A stretch of DNA of 64,000 bases from a virus (IMGVR_UViG_3300043411_002794:64001-128000), one strand, 5' to 3'; counted from the stretch's first letter, positions 26,881-38,875 are shown. A program made the numbers and translations. The notes: a model not told the origin generated them from the letters alone.

Positions 26881-27303
26881 TTAGTCATCCAGACTGATGC
26901 CGCGGCGGACTTCGACCGTCGCCTGCACGATGTAACGGGCAACCGGAACGGCGCGCTCGTCGTTACCGACGGCCTCCGGGCTGCGGCCGAGCGACAGATT
27001 AGCGGCCATTTGCACGACGTGCTTGCAGGTCCGCTCACTGCCCCGCATGTTTGCCCAGCCCGGGCAATTGCAGCTGAGCCGTCGTTCGCCGGTCGTCGGG
27101 TGAACCCATTCGACCGTGGCGTACTTGGTCATTCCGTTGGTCGAGGCAGGTTCCCAGATTCGCACGGGAGCCTGCAGGATGCCGTCGACCATGAGTATGC
27201 CGCGGGACTGACCCACGGACTGTGCTCGGGTGATCGGCAGGTAGGCAACTGCGGTCTGTTCGACCTGCGTTTCCTGTTGTCGTTGAATAGGCGAACGTGA
27301 CAT
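26881..27303 (-). CDS. SWIM zinc-finger protein
   Basis: LSCNCPGW...TCKHV (CxC-x(n)-CxH). Confidence 0.75.
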   Translation of the reverse strand: MSRSPIQRQQETQVEQTAVAYLPITRAQSVGQSRGILMVDGILQAPVRIWEPASTNGMTKYATVEWVHPTTGERRLSCNCPGWANMRGSERTCKHVVQMAANLSLGRSPEAVGNDERAVPVARYIVQATVEVRRGISLDD

Positions 27304-27306
27304 GGT

Positions 27307-28371
27307 TTATCCCAGGTCTAGGGCCCGATGAGCGCGACCGAAGCGACGAATGTCTTCTTCGATTTTAACATCGCTTTGGGCAGCTTGTGTGATTTCGTCG
27401 AGGCTTTGCGCAAAGCCGCTGGCAATCGCCGTGTCGCGGTCGAACTGACTGACGACGATGCCGCTGATACGGGATTCCAGCTCGGCGGCCTTCGCCAGCA
27501 GCTCGGGGCTGGCGATGAAGCTGAACGACCGCAGTTTGCTGATGGCTGCCCGCACGGCGTTGAAGGAACGGTCGGTAATGCGGCCGTCGCGTTGGATGAG
27601 TTCGTTCAGCTCGGTAAGGGCCTTGGCGAAGGCTTCCCGCGGGCCGACGGTGGCCTGCATAATCGCCGCGTCGATCTGGGCCCGGGCGGCCTGGTCGATG
27701 TAGTCGGCATAGTTGGCCAAGTCGCCGACGGAGAGCGTCCCGCGGCTGGCCTGCACGCGTTCAGACTCGTCAGCGGCTGCCAGGCGGACGCGGACCAATC
27801 GCAGGTAGAACTTTTCGCGTACCTTTTCGGGTTCCGGTAAGCGGCTGTAGATGCGTCGCCAGATGGCGTCGCTGAGGTTGGCCTTGATCTCGTCGATGAC
27901 GCGGCCCCAGTTGTCGCAGAAGTAGTCTGCCAACGCACCCAGGCGATAAGCGACGCTTTGGTCGCGAATGTTGGTCCAGCGCGGGACGTATCGAGCACCA
28001 TCGTAGACCGGGACGCCGTTGACGGTTTTCCCGATCAATTCGTAGAGCATGTTTTCGGCGGAAGCATGCGGGACCATTCGCAGGCCGCGGATCGGAAACG
28101 GTTCGCTGTAGAAGGCAACGGCGGCCTTGGCTTCCGAGATCAACAGATTGAACGCCGCCTTCTGTTCGCGGAGCCAGGCGGATTGCTCCATCAGCTTGAC
28201 CTGCGGGGCGGTGACCGTGTCTGCGTCGGCGGTTTCGTTACCGACCATGACCTTGGCGTCTTTGAGGATGTATCGACCTTGCCAGACGCCAATGTCCGGA
28301 TCGATGATGTGTACGTGCTGCAGCAAACTACCGGTATCACGGGTAGTTTGCGTGTTTTCTACAATCGGCAT
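27307..28371 (-). CDS. DUF3150-like protein
   Basis: DIGVWQGRYIL and FNLLISEAKAAV...PFPIRGLRMVP pattern; helical C-terminus; context next to an AAA ATPase module. Confidence 0.55.
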   Translation of the reverse strand: MPIVENTQTTRDTGSLLQHVHIIDPDIGVWQGRYILKDAKVMVGNETADADTVTAPQVKLMEQSAWLREQKAAFNLLISEAKAAVAFYSEPFPIRGLRMVPHASAENMLYELIGKTVNGVPVYDGARYVPRWTNIRDQSVAYRLGALADYFCDNWGRVIDEIKANLSDAIWRRIYSRLPEPEKVREKFYLRLVRVRLAAADESERVQASRGTLSVGDLANYADYIDQAARAQIDAAIMQATVGPREAFAKALTELNELIQRDGRITDRSFNAVRAAISKLRSFSFIASPELLAKAAELESRISGIVVSQFDRDTAIASGFAQSLDEITQAAQSDVKIEEDIRRFGRAHRALDLG

Positions 28372-28381
28372 GGGTTTCTAA

Positions 28382-28789
28382 TTACCGAGGGTCGTTTGCG
28401 GTGGGAATGCCGTGCTCGGTCAGCCACTTCACCTCTTCGGCGAGGGCGACGTTTTTGTCGAAGTACGGACCGAGGACCGGACCGCCGACGGGGAGCATGT
28501 CTGCCCACCAGGAGTTGGCGGGAAGAAGTTCTGCGGCCGTTACCAGATCATCAAGATGGATCTCGTCGGCAAATACTTTGCGGTTGTTGGTGGCGAGCCA
28601 ACGAAGCGCAGTGTCGGAAAGATCACCAGGCGGCTCCACGTGGCTCGCCCGGCGCGTCTCTGTGCCGCCCAGGGCGGACAGGATCTTGGCGGACTCGGGC
28701 GAATGAATCGCCCGAGTGCCCGCCGCACGGTCCCGCGGAACCACGATGGTGATTTTCTTACTCACCGCTGATGTGCTCGCGCTGTTCAT
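28382..28789 (-). CDS. hypothetical protein
   Basis: 135 aa co-oriented ORF. Confidence 0.55.
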   Translation of the reverse strand: MNSASTSAVSKKITIVVPRDRAAGTRAIHSPESAKILSALGGTETRRASHVEPPGDLSDTALRWLATNNRKVFADEIHLDDLVTAAELLPANSWWADMLPVGGPVLGPYFDKNVALAEEVKWLTEHGIPTANDPR

Positions 28790-28970
28790 TGTCTTCGAAC
28801 ATTTCCGACTTCGCCTCGTCGGCGACGACGTTGGCGAACATCCGGGAGATCGCGGCCGTGGCGTCTTTGCAGGCCGTGCCTTGGAAGCCCGACGTCTCGA
28901 ACGACACCGGTGCCTTACCGGAGGCCACGCCCTTGAGCGGGACGATGATCTTGATCTGACGCATACTCAT
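28758..28970 (-). CDS. DUF2997 family protein
   Basis: IKIIVP...FETSGFQGTACKDAT. Confidence 0.7.
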   Translation of the reverse strand: MSMRQIKIIVPLKGVASGKAPVSFETSGFQGTACKDATAAISRMFANVVADEAKSEMFEDNEQREHISGE

Positions 28971-28986
28971 GTTTTGCTCTCGAAAT

Positions 28987-29028
28987 AAAAAAAGAAAAAC
29001 ACCCTGGAGGACCGGTTCCTCCAGGGTG
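28987..29028 (-). terminator. intrinsic terminator
   Basis: perfect 11 bp stem CACCCTGGAGG/CCTCCAGGGTG followed on the minus strand by TTTTTCTTTTTTT. Confidence 0.88.
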
Positions 29029-29068
29029 CCTTGAGCGTACCGACTAGCCTATGTCGTTGTCGACCGGC

Positions 29069-29437
29069 TTAGTAAGCCGTAGCGGTCAGGTGCACGTCGC
29101 CGTTCTCCTGCACTTCTTCGGTGATTTCCGAGAAGCCCTGCAGGCGGCATTCGGCGGCCGACTTTTCCAGGGTGTACGCCTGGACGAGGCGATCGATTTC
29201 GATTTCTTGGCCCCAGTGGCCTTCGTAGTTGTCGTAGAGCACTTCGCCCGACGCGACGTCGAAGACGACGTCGTAGCGCCACTTCGGCAGGCGCAGGGCC
29301 ATGCCTTGGCGGGTGGTGCCGTCGAAGAGACGGTGGGTGCCTTCCTTCAAGGCCGGCAGATTCAGACGACCGACGGCGGCACGCAGAGCTTCGACATCGG
29401 TGACGTTGACCGACTTAACTTTCACAGTGTGCGACAT
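29069..29437 (-). CDS. DUF1257 (Ycf35-like) protein
   Basis: MSHTVKVKSVNVTDVEALRAA, YDNYEGHWG, RLVQAY, GDVHL. Confidence 0.7.
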   Translation of the reverse strand: MSHTVKVKSVNVTDVEALRAAVGRLNLPALKEGTHRLFDGTTRQGMALRLPKWRYDVVFDVASGEVLYDNYEGHWGQEIEIDRLVQAYTLEKSAAECRLQGFSEITEEVQENGDVHLTATAY

Positions 29438-29540
29438 AGCGGCAAACTCCAAAAAACAGAACAAAGGGATCCCAAAACAAACAGCGCTTCCAAACAATAT
29501 ACAGGCTGCTGCGATTTCTCGCAGCGCGGACTCAGTCAGA

Positions 29541-31274
29541 CTACTGGGAGAGCGGGGTAACCCCGGTAGTCACGGCGCGACGACGCGGCGGCGGAGCGGT
29601 TACGGCGCCGCCCGGCAAGCTGGCGGGACGCGCCCGCTCCTTGCAGAACGTGCGGATCGCTTCGACGTCTTCGGCCGCCAACTTGGTCAGCGGGATGATG
29701 TTGCTGGCGGCTTGGATGAAGTCCGTCAGTTGCGGCGTGGCGGCTTTGGTCGGATCGGTCCCGGACCGACCACCGGTCTTGTGTTGCTCGAAGGAAATGA
29801 AGCGGGCTTCCTTGACGAGCTCTTCGATTTCGGAGCCGACCCAGCCTTCGGTGCGTTCGAGCAGGGTGTCCCAGTCGGCCGTCGAGAGCGGCAGGTCTTC
29901 GAACTTGTCGCCCCGCTTGGCCAAGTGGATCTTGAGGATTTGGCGACGTTCTTCCATGCTCGGCACGTCGACGAAGAACACGGCATCGAAGCGACCCGAA
30001 CGGAGGAACTCCGGCGGGATGCCCTTGGTGCGGTTCATCGTCATGATCACGAAGGTGCGATCCTGCTTGCTGGCGAGCCAGCTCAGCAACTGACCGAACA
30101 CGCGCTGCGTAACGCCCGAGTCGCCGCGGCCGTCGTGGGCGTTACCCCACGCCTTGTCGGCTTCGTCGATGAGCAGCACGCAGCCCTGCTGGGCCGAGAT
30201 CTGGCGGATGGCGTCCCGCATACGGGCTTCCGACTCGCCGACCAACGAACCGAACACGGCGCCGACGTCCATGATGTAGACGGGCAGGTTCAGCAGGCGG
30301 CCGGTGGCCAGGGCGACCATCGACTTACCGGTACCCGGCACGCCGAGGAGCACGGCACCCTTGGGATAGTCCAAGCGGGCCACGCGGGCGTCACGCCCGT
30401 ACGCCAAGGCGCGGCGGCCGACGAACTCGAGGAAGTTTTCGTAGCCGCCGATTTCGTTACGGTTGGCGACGACTTCTTCGTGGATGTAGGTCAGCACTTC
30501 GCCCTTGCGGATGATCTGCGCCTTCTCGTCTTTGATGAGCTTGAGCATTTCGGGCGTGAAGCCCTTGTGCCGCACCAAGCACTTGGAGAGCGTATTTTCC
30601 GCTTCGGCGGCGGTGAGGCCGAGCAGGTTCGCCACGATCGCATCGCGGAGGTCGTCCGGGCAGGCGGTCTTGCTGGCGTCGGTGGTGCCGATCGAGGCCG
30701 ACTCGCGGACGTAGTCGAACACGGCACGGAGCTTGTCTTCGTCCGGCAGCGAGAATTCGAGCACGGTCATGCAGCTGCGGAGATTCTTGTGGATCTCCAG
30801 GCTCGGGCTGGTGATCACGACCGGGCAACGGCGGCGTTCGTTATTCAGCCGCACGCTTTCGACCAACGAACGGAAGGCCCGACGGACGACCGGATTGATG
30901 AAGAAGTCCGGCATGTCGCGCATCACGAAGATGCACTTGCCGGGCCACTTGGCGTCGGCCAGGGAGCGGAGCGCGGCAGCGGCGTCGCGGTACTTCTCGT
31001 TCGCGAACTCGGTCGGTACGGCCTGACCTTCGCCGGCCAACTGGAACCCTTCGAAATGGTCCCAAGTGTAGACGCTCATCTGCAGCTTCTTGGCAGTGCG
31101 AACGACCTCTTTCTCGACGCGCTTTTCTTCGCTCGTCGGCACGTACATCGCCTGGTAACCGGCACGGATGTATTCGGAGAGCTGATCCCCGAACGTGGTG
31201 TCATTGAGGCCATCTTTTTCCAGCAGACCGGAAACGGCGGCGGCAGAAGCGGGAGCGGTATTACGACTCATCAT
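29541..31274 (-). CDS. AAA+ ATPase (Ycf46-like)
   Basis: KGAVLLGVPGTGKS, LLIDEADK, IPPEFLRSGRFDAVFFVDVP; degenerate N-terminal AAA domain. Confidence 0.9.
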   Translation of the reverse strand: MMSRNTAPASAAAVSGLLEKDGLNDTTFGDQLSEYIRAGYQAMYVPTSEEKRVEKEVVRTAKKLQMSVYTWDHFEGFQLAGEGQAVPTEFANEKYRDAAAALRSLADAKWPGKCIFVMRDMPDFFINPVVRRAFRSLVESVRLNNERRRCPVVITSPSLEIHKNLRSCMTVLEFSLPDEDKLRAVFDYVRESASIGTTDASKTACPDDLRDAIVANLLGLTAAEAENTLSKCLVRHKGFTPEMLKLIKDEKAQIIRKGEVLTYIHEEVVANRNEIGGYENFLEFVGRRALAYGRDARVARLDYPKGAVLLGVPGTGKSMVALATGRLLNLPVYIMDVGAVFGSLVGESEARMRDAIRQISAQQGCVLLIDEADKAWGNAHDGRGDSGVTQRVFGQLLSWLASKQDRTFVIMTMNRTKGIPPEFLRSGRFDAVFFVDVPSMEERRQILKIHLAKRGDKFEDLPLSTADWDTLLERTEGWVGSEIEELVKEARFISFEQHKTGGRSGTDPTKAATPQLTDFIQAASNIIPLTKLAAEDVEAIRTFCKERARPASLPGGAVTAPPPRRRAVTTGVTPLSQ

Positions 31275-31280
31275 GAATCC

Positions 31281-31943
31281 TTATTGACTAGCAACTTGCG
31301 ACAAATGACGGACGATGCCACGCGCATCGCCCGTTCTCAGTTCCAACCCTTCGAGCTGCTTGGCCAGCAACCCGAAGCGAAAACGTACGATCTTGTTGAT
31401 CTCGTTCGTCTTCTCTTGTTCTACGGCGTACATGGCAGCGAACATCTCCGGATCATCGGAAAAGTCGTTCTGCACGAAGGCCTGGGTGTTGCGCGCGGCA
31501 ATCCGGAGCACGTCCGGCGCCTGCATGATTCCCTCTGCGTCCAGCGTATAGCCGATGTACGCACGAATTTCTTCGGTAAAGGGCTCCTCGTCTTCCGGCG
31601 GCGAAATCAGCAGGGCCTCAGTAATGCCCCAAGCGATCTCTAGCGCGTCGGCGGGATCCCACAGTTCCGGATTCCAACTGCCGCCGGCTAGTACATTGCA
31701 AAATGCAATGAACGTCGGCAGTGATTTGTAAAAGTCATCGGTGACGAGCAATTGTACCCCGGTCATCAGCCGATCGAAGTTCGGCCCCGACAGGGCAACA
31801 CCGAAGTCTTGCTCGACCTCCATTGCGATCGTCGCCGGATCCCATTTCAACCCCTCCGTGCCGTACTTGTCCAAGAACAAGACCAGCAAGGTCGTCGTAA
31901 ACGCGTCGGGGTTAGTCCACATTTCTTGCGGTTGGGTCGGCAT
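31281..31943 (-). CDS. hypothetical protein
   Basis: 220 aa; GGGAG SD. Confidence 0.7.
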   Translation of the reverse strand: MPTQPQEMWTNPDAFTTTLLVLFLDKYGTEGLKWDPATIAMEVEQDFGVALSGPNFDRLMTGVQLLVTDDFYKSLPTFIAFCNVLAGGSWNPELWDPADALEIAWGITEALLISPPEDEEPFTEEIRAYIGYTLDAEGIMQAPDVLRIAARNTQAFVQNDFSDDPEMFAAMYAVEQEKTNEINKIVRFRFGLLAKQLEGLELRTGDARGIVRHLSQVASQ

Positions 31944-32352
31944 TGTGCACTCCCTGCAGGCAGCGACGAAGGACTACGTTGAGATCGTATGCCAGCGTTT
32001 CCATGACCGGGGCAGGTAGTACGTCATACCGCTCGCCGGTCTCCAGATCCAGGATCTGTTTGACGTTGGTGTAGACAAAATAGCGACCGTCGAGGATCGC
32101 TGCGATGCGCGTTTCTGTTTCGGTCGGCGGATCGGCCGCGACGTACCGAAGAATGTCTTGGACCTGCTGGACCTCCACGGAGATCTTATCCAGCACGTCA
32201 CCGAAGAGAAGCAAATGGGCCGCCAACGCATCGATCTCCTCGTCGTCTGCGGGCAGCGGTCGCTGCAGCAGCTCCTTGAAGATCCACCGTTGCCGCAAGC
32301 GGCTCCGGGGCGTCGGCGGCCCACCTGAACGCAGATAGGCGGAAAACTTCAT
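31912..32352 (-). CDS. hypothetical protein
   Basis: start MKFSAYL (TAATG coupling). Confidence 0.6.
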   Translation of the reverse strand: MKFSAYLRSGGPPTPRSRLRQRWIFKELLQRPLPADDEEIDALAAHLLLFGDVLDKISVEVQQVQDILRYVAADPPTETETRIAAILDGRYFVYTNVKQILDLETGERYDVLPAPVMETLAYDLNVVLRRCLQGVHNADPTARNVD

Positions 32353-32645
32353 TAGAGGCCGCGCAACAGACCGAAGTCCTGGCGGTAACCCGCAACAGGA
32401 ATTCGACCCATGTACACGTCGTCGTTGGAGTTCCCCTCCGCATCGACCGGATACGTCCCGCTTTGGGACGAAATCCCGCAACCGGCCAGGCCGAGCTCGC
32501 CCGCCACCTTGATCGCCATCTCGCGAGCTTGCAGCGATAAAAGCGGCTCAGGGCTGTTGGCCTGCAGTACAACGGTGGCCCCGCGGCCATCCGGATTCAA
32601 CTTCGTCAGTTCAGTGCCGGCGGCGTTCGCCTTCACGACTTCCAT
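32352..32645 (-). CDS. hypothetical protein
   Basis: 97 aa; AGGAG SD. Confidence 0.7.
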   Translation of the reverse strand: MEVVKANAAGTELTKLNPDGRGATVVLQANSPEPLLSLQAREMAIKVAGELGLAGCGISSQSGTYPVDAEGNSNDDVYMGRIPVAGYRQDFGLLRGL

Positions 32646-32656
32646 GACACGATCTC

Positions 32657-33139
32657 CTAAACAGAATTGGTGGGAATCAAACCGTCGGGAAGTTTAATCC
32701 CTGCCGCAACTTCCAGCAACGTCGTAGGCACCGTCAGGGTGCCGAGTGGGCGGTCATTGACGAGCAACCCCCACGAGATACCGTCTTCATTGATGATCGC
32801 GTGCGGGTCGAGGCCGTCCATCACAAGTCCGGCCAACGGCGAACCTGCCGACTGCGGGTCGAGCACGTCGGGAAGGATCGCATAGCCGTTCGTCAGCTTG
32901 GCGAGCCATTCGTTAAGTAGCGGCGGAGCGCGGTCGCTGTGTTTGAGGAAGCGGCACGAGTTCTCGGCCAGCGTCGTCCAGAGGATCCGCGGCTTCGTGA
33001 TCTGTGCCGCCGCCGTAAAGTGAGCAAAATGATCGAGCAGCGCGTTGGCGAGATCACGGCTCAGGTGCACGAACCCGCAGGCAATATGCTGGTTCGGATT
33101 GTTGGTGATCTGGTCGACTACAGACAGTAATAGGTTCAT
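32657..33139 (-). CDS. hypothetical protein
   Basis: 160 aa co-oriented ORF. Confidence 0.6.
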   Translation of the reverse strand: MNLLLSVVDQITNNPNQHIACGFVHLSRDLANALLDHFAHFTAAAQITKPRILWTTLAENSCRFLKHSDRAPPLLNEWLAKLTNGYAILPDVLDPQSAGSPLAGLVMDGLDPHAIINEDGISWGLLVNDRPLGTLTVPTTLLEVAAGIKLPDGLIPTNSV

Positions 33140-33142
33140 GCG

Positions 33143-33331
33143 TTATCGCAGTGAAAGGCCCTGACAGGCGAGCAGCAACGCAGCTGCCCGCGACGTGCGT
33201 GTGGATGCGACGCCGCCGGGAGAATCAACGAAGGGGCGGTTGAACCGCTTCTTCAGATCCTTCTCCCGACAACACCGTTTGTACTTCTGCCCGCTGCCGC
33301 AGCGACACGGCTGGTTTCTTCCCGTCCTCAT
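33143..33331 (-). CDS. SEC-C motif protein
   Basis: GRNQPCRCGSGQKYKRCC. Confidence 0.8.
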   Translation of the reverse strand: MRTGRNQPCRCGSGQKYKRCCREKDLKKRFNRPFVDSPGGVASTRTSRAAALLLACQGLSLR

Positions 33332-33773
33332 TTCCTGGCTCCTCAGGATTGGCGATGACATACGCGTGCTGGGACGCGAAATAAGTCGCCAGTAAGGCTT
33401 CGTCGGCGTAATACGTTTCAGCTATTTCAACTAACAGCTGCTCCTCGAAGACCTTCCGCAACGCCGCGGCGATCTTCGAGAGATGTTTGTGATACCCTAC
33501 TTTCCTAGCGGCCTTCAAGACGGCCTGCAGTTCCGGATTCTGCAGACACAGGGTCTCGAAGCGGTGGACGTCGCAAACGCGATTGTCGCAACCGACGGGG
33601 CCGACCGAACGCAGGACGGGTGTCGCCGGGACCGTTTCACCCAGAACTTCCTCCGGGCGTCGCAGGCGGTAGATGCCGCCGCCGTAGCCCGAGAACAAGT
33701 CGGTTTGATGCTCCACGCGGATAGGTACGGCGGGACCTTCATCGAACGGGGCTAATGTCGGTGGTCGTCTCAT
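33225..33773 (-). CDS. hypothetical protein
   Basis: start trimmed to MRRPPTL (uncertain). Confidence 0.5.
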   Translation of the reverse strand: MRRPPTLAPFDEGPAVPIRVEHQTDLFSGYGGGIYRLRRPEEVLGETVPATPVLRSVGPVGCDNRVCDVHRFETLCLQNPELQAVLKAARKVGYHKHLSKIAAALRKVFEEQLLVEIAETYYADEALLATYFASQHAYVIANPEEPGNEDGKKPAVSLRQRAEVQTVLSGEGSEEAVQPPLR

Positions 33774-33883
33774 AGCTAAGGAAAAATCCCGATATGTAAG
33801 AAACAGCCCGACCACCATAAGAAATTGGAGTGCTTGCACCGAAGTGCTTGCACCGCCAACCTCTTAGGTGGTCGGGTTTAGGG

Positions 33884-34189
33884 CTAGACGACGATCAACT
33901 GCCGAGCCAGGCCAAAGTCTTGACCCTGGCAGATGGCTTCGAAAATCTTCGGAACGACGCGTGCGGCCGTGTCGTGTTCGATGCCTTGTTGCACCACCTC
34001 GTCGACGGCCAACTCGGCGATCCGCGCACGGCGGCGCCAAAGATAATCGTGCGGCAGTTCGTCGCGACGACGGCGAAATGCGACGATCTCCGCCGTGGCC
34101 AAGGCGTTGGACAACGCCGTGGTCACGATCACGCGAAGAGCGGCCATTGACGAAACGGGGGAAGTAGCGACCTGGGTCATCTGGGTCAT
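33884..34189 (-). CDS. hypothetical protein
   Basis: 101 aa; AGAAGGA SD. Confidence 0.6.
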   Translation of the reverse strand: MTQMTQVATSPVSSMAALRVIVTTALSNALATAEIVAFRRRRDELPHDYLWRRRARIAELAVDEVVQQGIEHDTAARVVPKIFEAICQGQDFGLARQLIVV

Positions 34190-34214
34190 GATGCGTTCCT
34201 TCTAGAAAATGGGA

Positions 34215-34508
34215 CTAGGTCGACTTCGACGCGGCGACGCGATCTCGCAGCTCCTCGAGGAGCGCTACGAGAGTACGTCGCTTTTTGTCAAAGTCACGGC
34301 GAGCAGTGTAAGCACGTGCTAGACTCACTTCCGCAAGTTTTAGCACGTACTCAGACGCGTTCGTCATCCAGGCATCCGCCTGGTCTGCGAACGTGCGGAC
34401 ACGTTCCAGCAAAGGAACGTCGGTGGTGCCGGAGCGAAACCGGCTGAGACAGGCCGACCCGTCATCGACGAGTACGAGCCATTGATCTACCAGTAACGGG
34501 TGCAACAC
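34215..34508 (-). CDS. hypothetical protein
   Basis: 97 aa; AAGGAA SD before a TTG start. Confidence 0.55.
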   Translation of the reverse strand: MLHPLLVDQWLVLVDDGSACLSRFRSGTTDVPLLERVRTFADQADAWMTNASEYVLKLAEVSLARAYTARRDFDKKRRTLVALLEELRDRVAASKST

Positions 34509-34540
34509 TTGGCGTTCCTTTGCTGAGGGTTGACGCAGCT

Positions 34541-34834
34541 CTAAGCTGCAGTCGTTAGGATCGTCCTCGCCCGGCGCGAAGCGATCAGATGCCCGAGCCC
34601 GTAACGAACGGGCACCGGAAAGTGCTGAACGAAGTCGTAGCGTTCAGTCACCAAGAGATTGTCCCAGCGGGCCGGAGCTCGTCCGAGCTCCTCCAACTGG
34701 GATGCGCATTCGGCGTCGTCGAAACGACGCTGGTCCGTATGTCCGAGGTTTTTGTATAACCGACGAGCAACGGGACCGAGAGTCCGAAGACCCTCACGAT
34801 CAAAGATACGCCGCGTTTGCGGTCGCATACACAC
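34541..34834 (-). CDS. hypothetical protein
   Basis: 97 aa co-oriented ORF. Confidence 0.5.
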   Translation of the reverse strand: MCMRPQTRRIFDREGLRTLGPVARRLYKNLGHTDQRRFDDAECASQLEELGRAPARWDNLLVTERYDFVQHFPVPVRYGLGHLIASRRARTILTTAA

Positions 34835-34907
34835 CTCAACGAGTGAGTACCTGTTTGCGCAGGACTACCAATCGGCACACCGTATATGCCCGATTTTTCG
34901 GCTCGTT

Positions 34908-35225
34908 TTAGGTGCTCCGGAAGTGGAGCATGACCGTCTTTCCAGTGCGATTCGTGACGGCGAACGAATAGGCCTTCGTGTTCAATAGTTTACGGAGTTT
35001 GTTCTGTCCTTCGGGTGACAACTCCTGCAAACAGTCGAAGGTGGACTTGATGATATCGCGTTGCTTCTTCGCAGACTCGTCGCGGCTGCATTGCGTACAG
35101 CCTGGTCGCAAGTTGTTAAGCTGCTTTGACGGAATCTTGAGACACGGGATCTCGGCTAGGAACTTTGTGTTGCGAAGCATGGCCGCAACCGTCTCATGTG
35201 TGATGACGGTATTAGTTCGCTGCAT
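34908..35225 (-). CDS. hypothetical protein (CxxC motif)
   Basis: 105 aa; GCTQCS. Confidence 0.6.
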   Translation of the reverse strand: MQRTNTVITHETVAAMLRNTKFLAEIPCLKIPSKQLNNLRPGCTQCSRDESAKKQRDIIKSTFDCLQELSPEGQNKLRKLLNTKAYSFAVTNRTGKTVMLHFRST

Positions 35226-35227
35226 GA

Positions 35228-37154
<1,927 letters not shown>

Positions 37155-37161
<7 letters not shown>

Positions 37162-38279
37162 ATCTGCTCCAGATAGTCGGCCCAGTTTTCAGCCATCTTT
37201 GCGATTGTGAAATGCTCTTCGACAACTTGCTTCGCGTGTGCTGCGACACGTGTTCCGCGCGCACTGACGGCTTCTTCGCAGGCGGCGGCCAGGGTTTGCG
37301 GATCAGGGTTCACCGGTACTTCGATCACCAGTTCGCCAAACTTCCGTTGTAGCTCCGGCACGCTTCCGACCGGCGTTGCAACCACGGGCGTTCCGGCGAA
37401 CCAAGCTTCTAACATGGCAAGGCTGCAGGCTTCGTAGTGACTGGCAACCACCAACGCATCAAGGCCTGCTAGGACGTCACCGACGCGAGGCTCCGGCATG
37501 AAGCAACGGATCTTTCCGTCAGAGACATCCGCCAACTCCAGTAAATCCGCGGCCGGACTAAAGTAGTTGATCTGGTCACGACCATAGTAGACTACGCGGA
37601 AATTAGTCGGCAAGTAAGTTGCGGCGCGGGCAAGTGCGGCGTAGTTCTTTTCCGGCGAGTGGCGGCCGATGTGCCCGACTACTTTTTCGTCGGTTACGCC
37701 CCACATGGCTCGCTGGGCGTCACGACCGTACTGCGGCGTAATATGTGCCGTGTCACAGCCGTTATAGATTACGTGCCGCGGTAAACCCTGCAGCCCGGGG
37801 CGGTCGTCAAAGAATCTCAATGCGGCCTCCGCGCAGCCGACTAAATGCGTCAGACCGGAGATGGGGATGCGCGGCGGAGTTTCCGTCATCGTGGCGTGCG
37901 AGCAACAGATGCGGGGAATCGTAATGCCGGGAAACCAGCTTTCTACGTTGATGCCGCCCCACAGCAGAATCATGTCGGCGTTTTCAGCGACCGCTGCAAC
38001 GGCTCGTTGAAAAGTTGGATGCGTCTTGTAGATGTCCGCCGGATCTGGATTGAACGGATGCGCTATTGGTGCGCGTCGTACCGTTTCATTCGTGTGCAGC
38101 TGCGTGAACTTGGCGGCCGTACGGCAAAGCAGCGGGTCGGCACCACCGTAACCATTCAAGCATAAGCCCGTCCACTGTATGCGGTCGCGCGGTACGTATT
38201 GCAACAACTGGTTAATCCATCGCTCGGCCCCGCCCAGCGAGAAGTTCGGAGTTACGAGTGCTACTTTGGTCATAACCAA
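37155..38279 (-). CDS. GT-B glycosyltransferase (GT4 family)
   Basis: GGAERW, VIYNGCD, IGRHSPEKN, EACSLAMLEAWFAGTPVVATPVGSVPE. Confidence 0.9.
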
Positions 38280-38875
38280 CTCCCTGCCCAGTGATGAATT
38301 GCATACGCGTCCGGAAACGCCTCGTGCCGTCTGTGCTTTTCAGTCCAGGGGTACGGATAGAACAACTCCGGACCGTACGCAACGACTTCCGGCAGGAAAC
38401 GATATGGTCGCCATGCTTCTGTGAGCAGGCCGGGACCAGTTGCTGATGCCTGATGCATACGAGAAGTGATTCGCGACGGTAGCATCGCCAACGCGGCCTT
38501 AATCACTACCTGCGACGGCACGGCCGCAATAAAACCGGCTGAGACCATGTCCGGCTTCTCGCCCGCCCCGACGAAGTCAGCATCTTGTAGCAGCGGCTCG
38601 ATGTTTTTCTGACAGATGAAGTCCGTGTCGAGATACACACCGCCAAAACGATGAAGCACTTCATAACGAAGTACGTCAGACAACTGCGCGGCGTTCCGCG
38701 CTTCGCCGATATGCGACGCATTTACGAGCGGCTGCAGTTGCTCCGGCCTGTTCCATTCGATCATTACCCATCCGGGGTGTAGCTCTCGCCAGCTCCGTCC
38801 AAATTCAACGAACTCGTCGGGCATTGGCTTTTCGCCGACCCAAATACGGTGGAAGATCTTGGGGATGCGTAGCAT
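38270..38875 (-). CDS. GT32 / OCH1-like DXD glycosyltransferase
   Basis: IPKIFHRIWVG, SDVLRYEVLHRFGGVYLDTD, TGPGLLT, AIHHWAGSW. Confidence 0.9.
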   Translation of the reverse strand: MLRIPKIFHRIWVGEKPMPDEFVEFGRSWRELHPGWVMIEWNRPEQLQPLVNASHIGEARNAAQLSDVLRYEVLHRFGGVYLDTDFICQKNIEPLLQDADFVGAGEKPDMVSAGFIAAVPSQVVIKAALAMLPSRITSRMHQASATGPGLLTEAWRPYRFLPEVVAYGPELFYPYPWTEKHRRHEAFPDAYAIHHWAGSWL

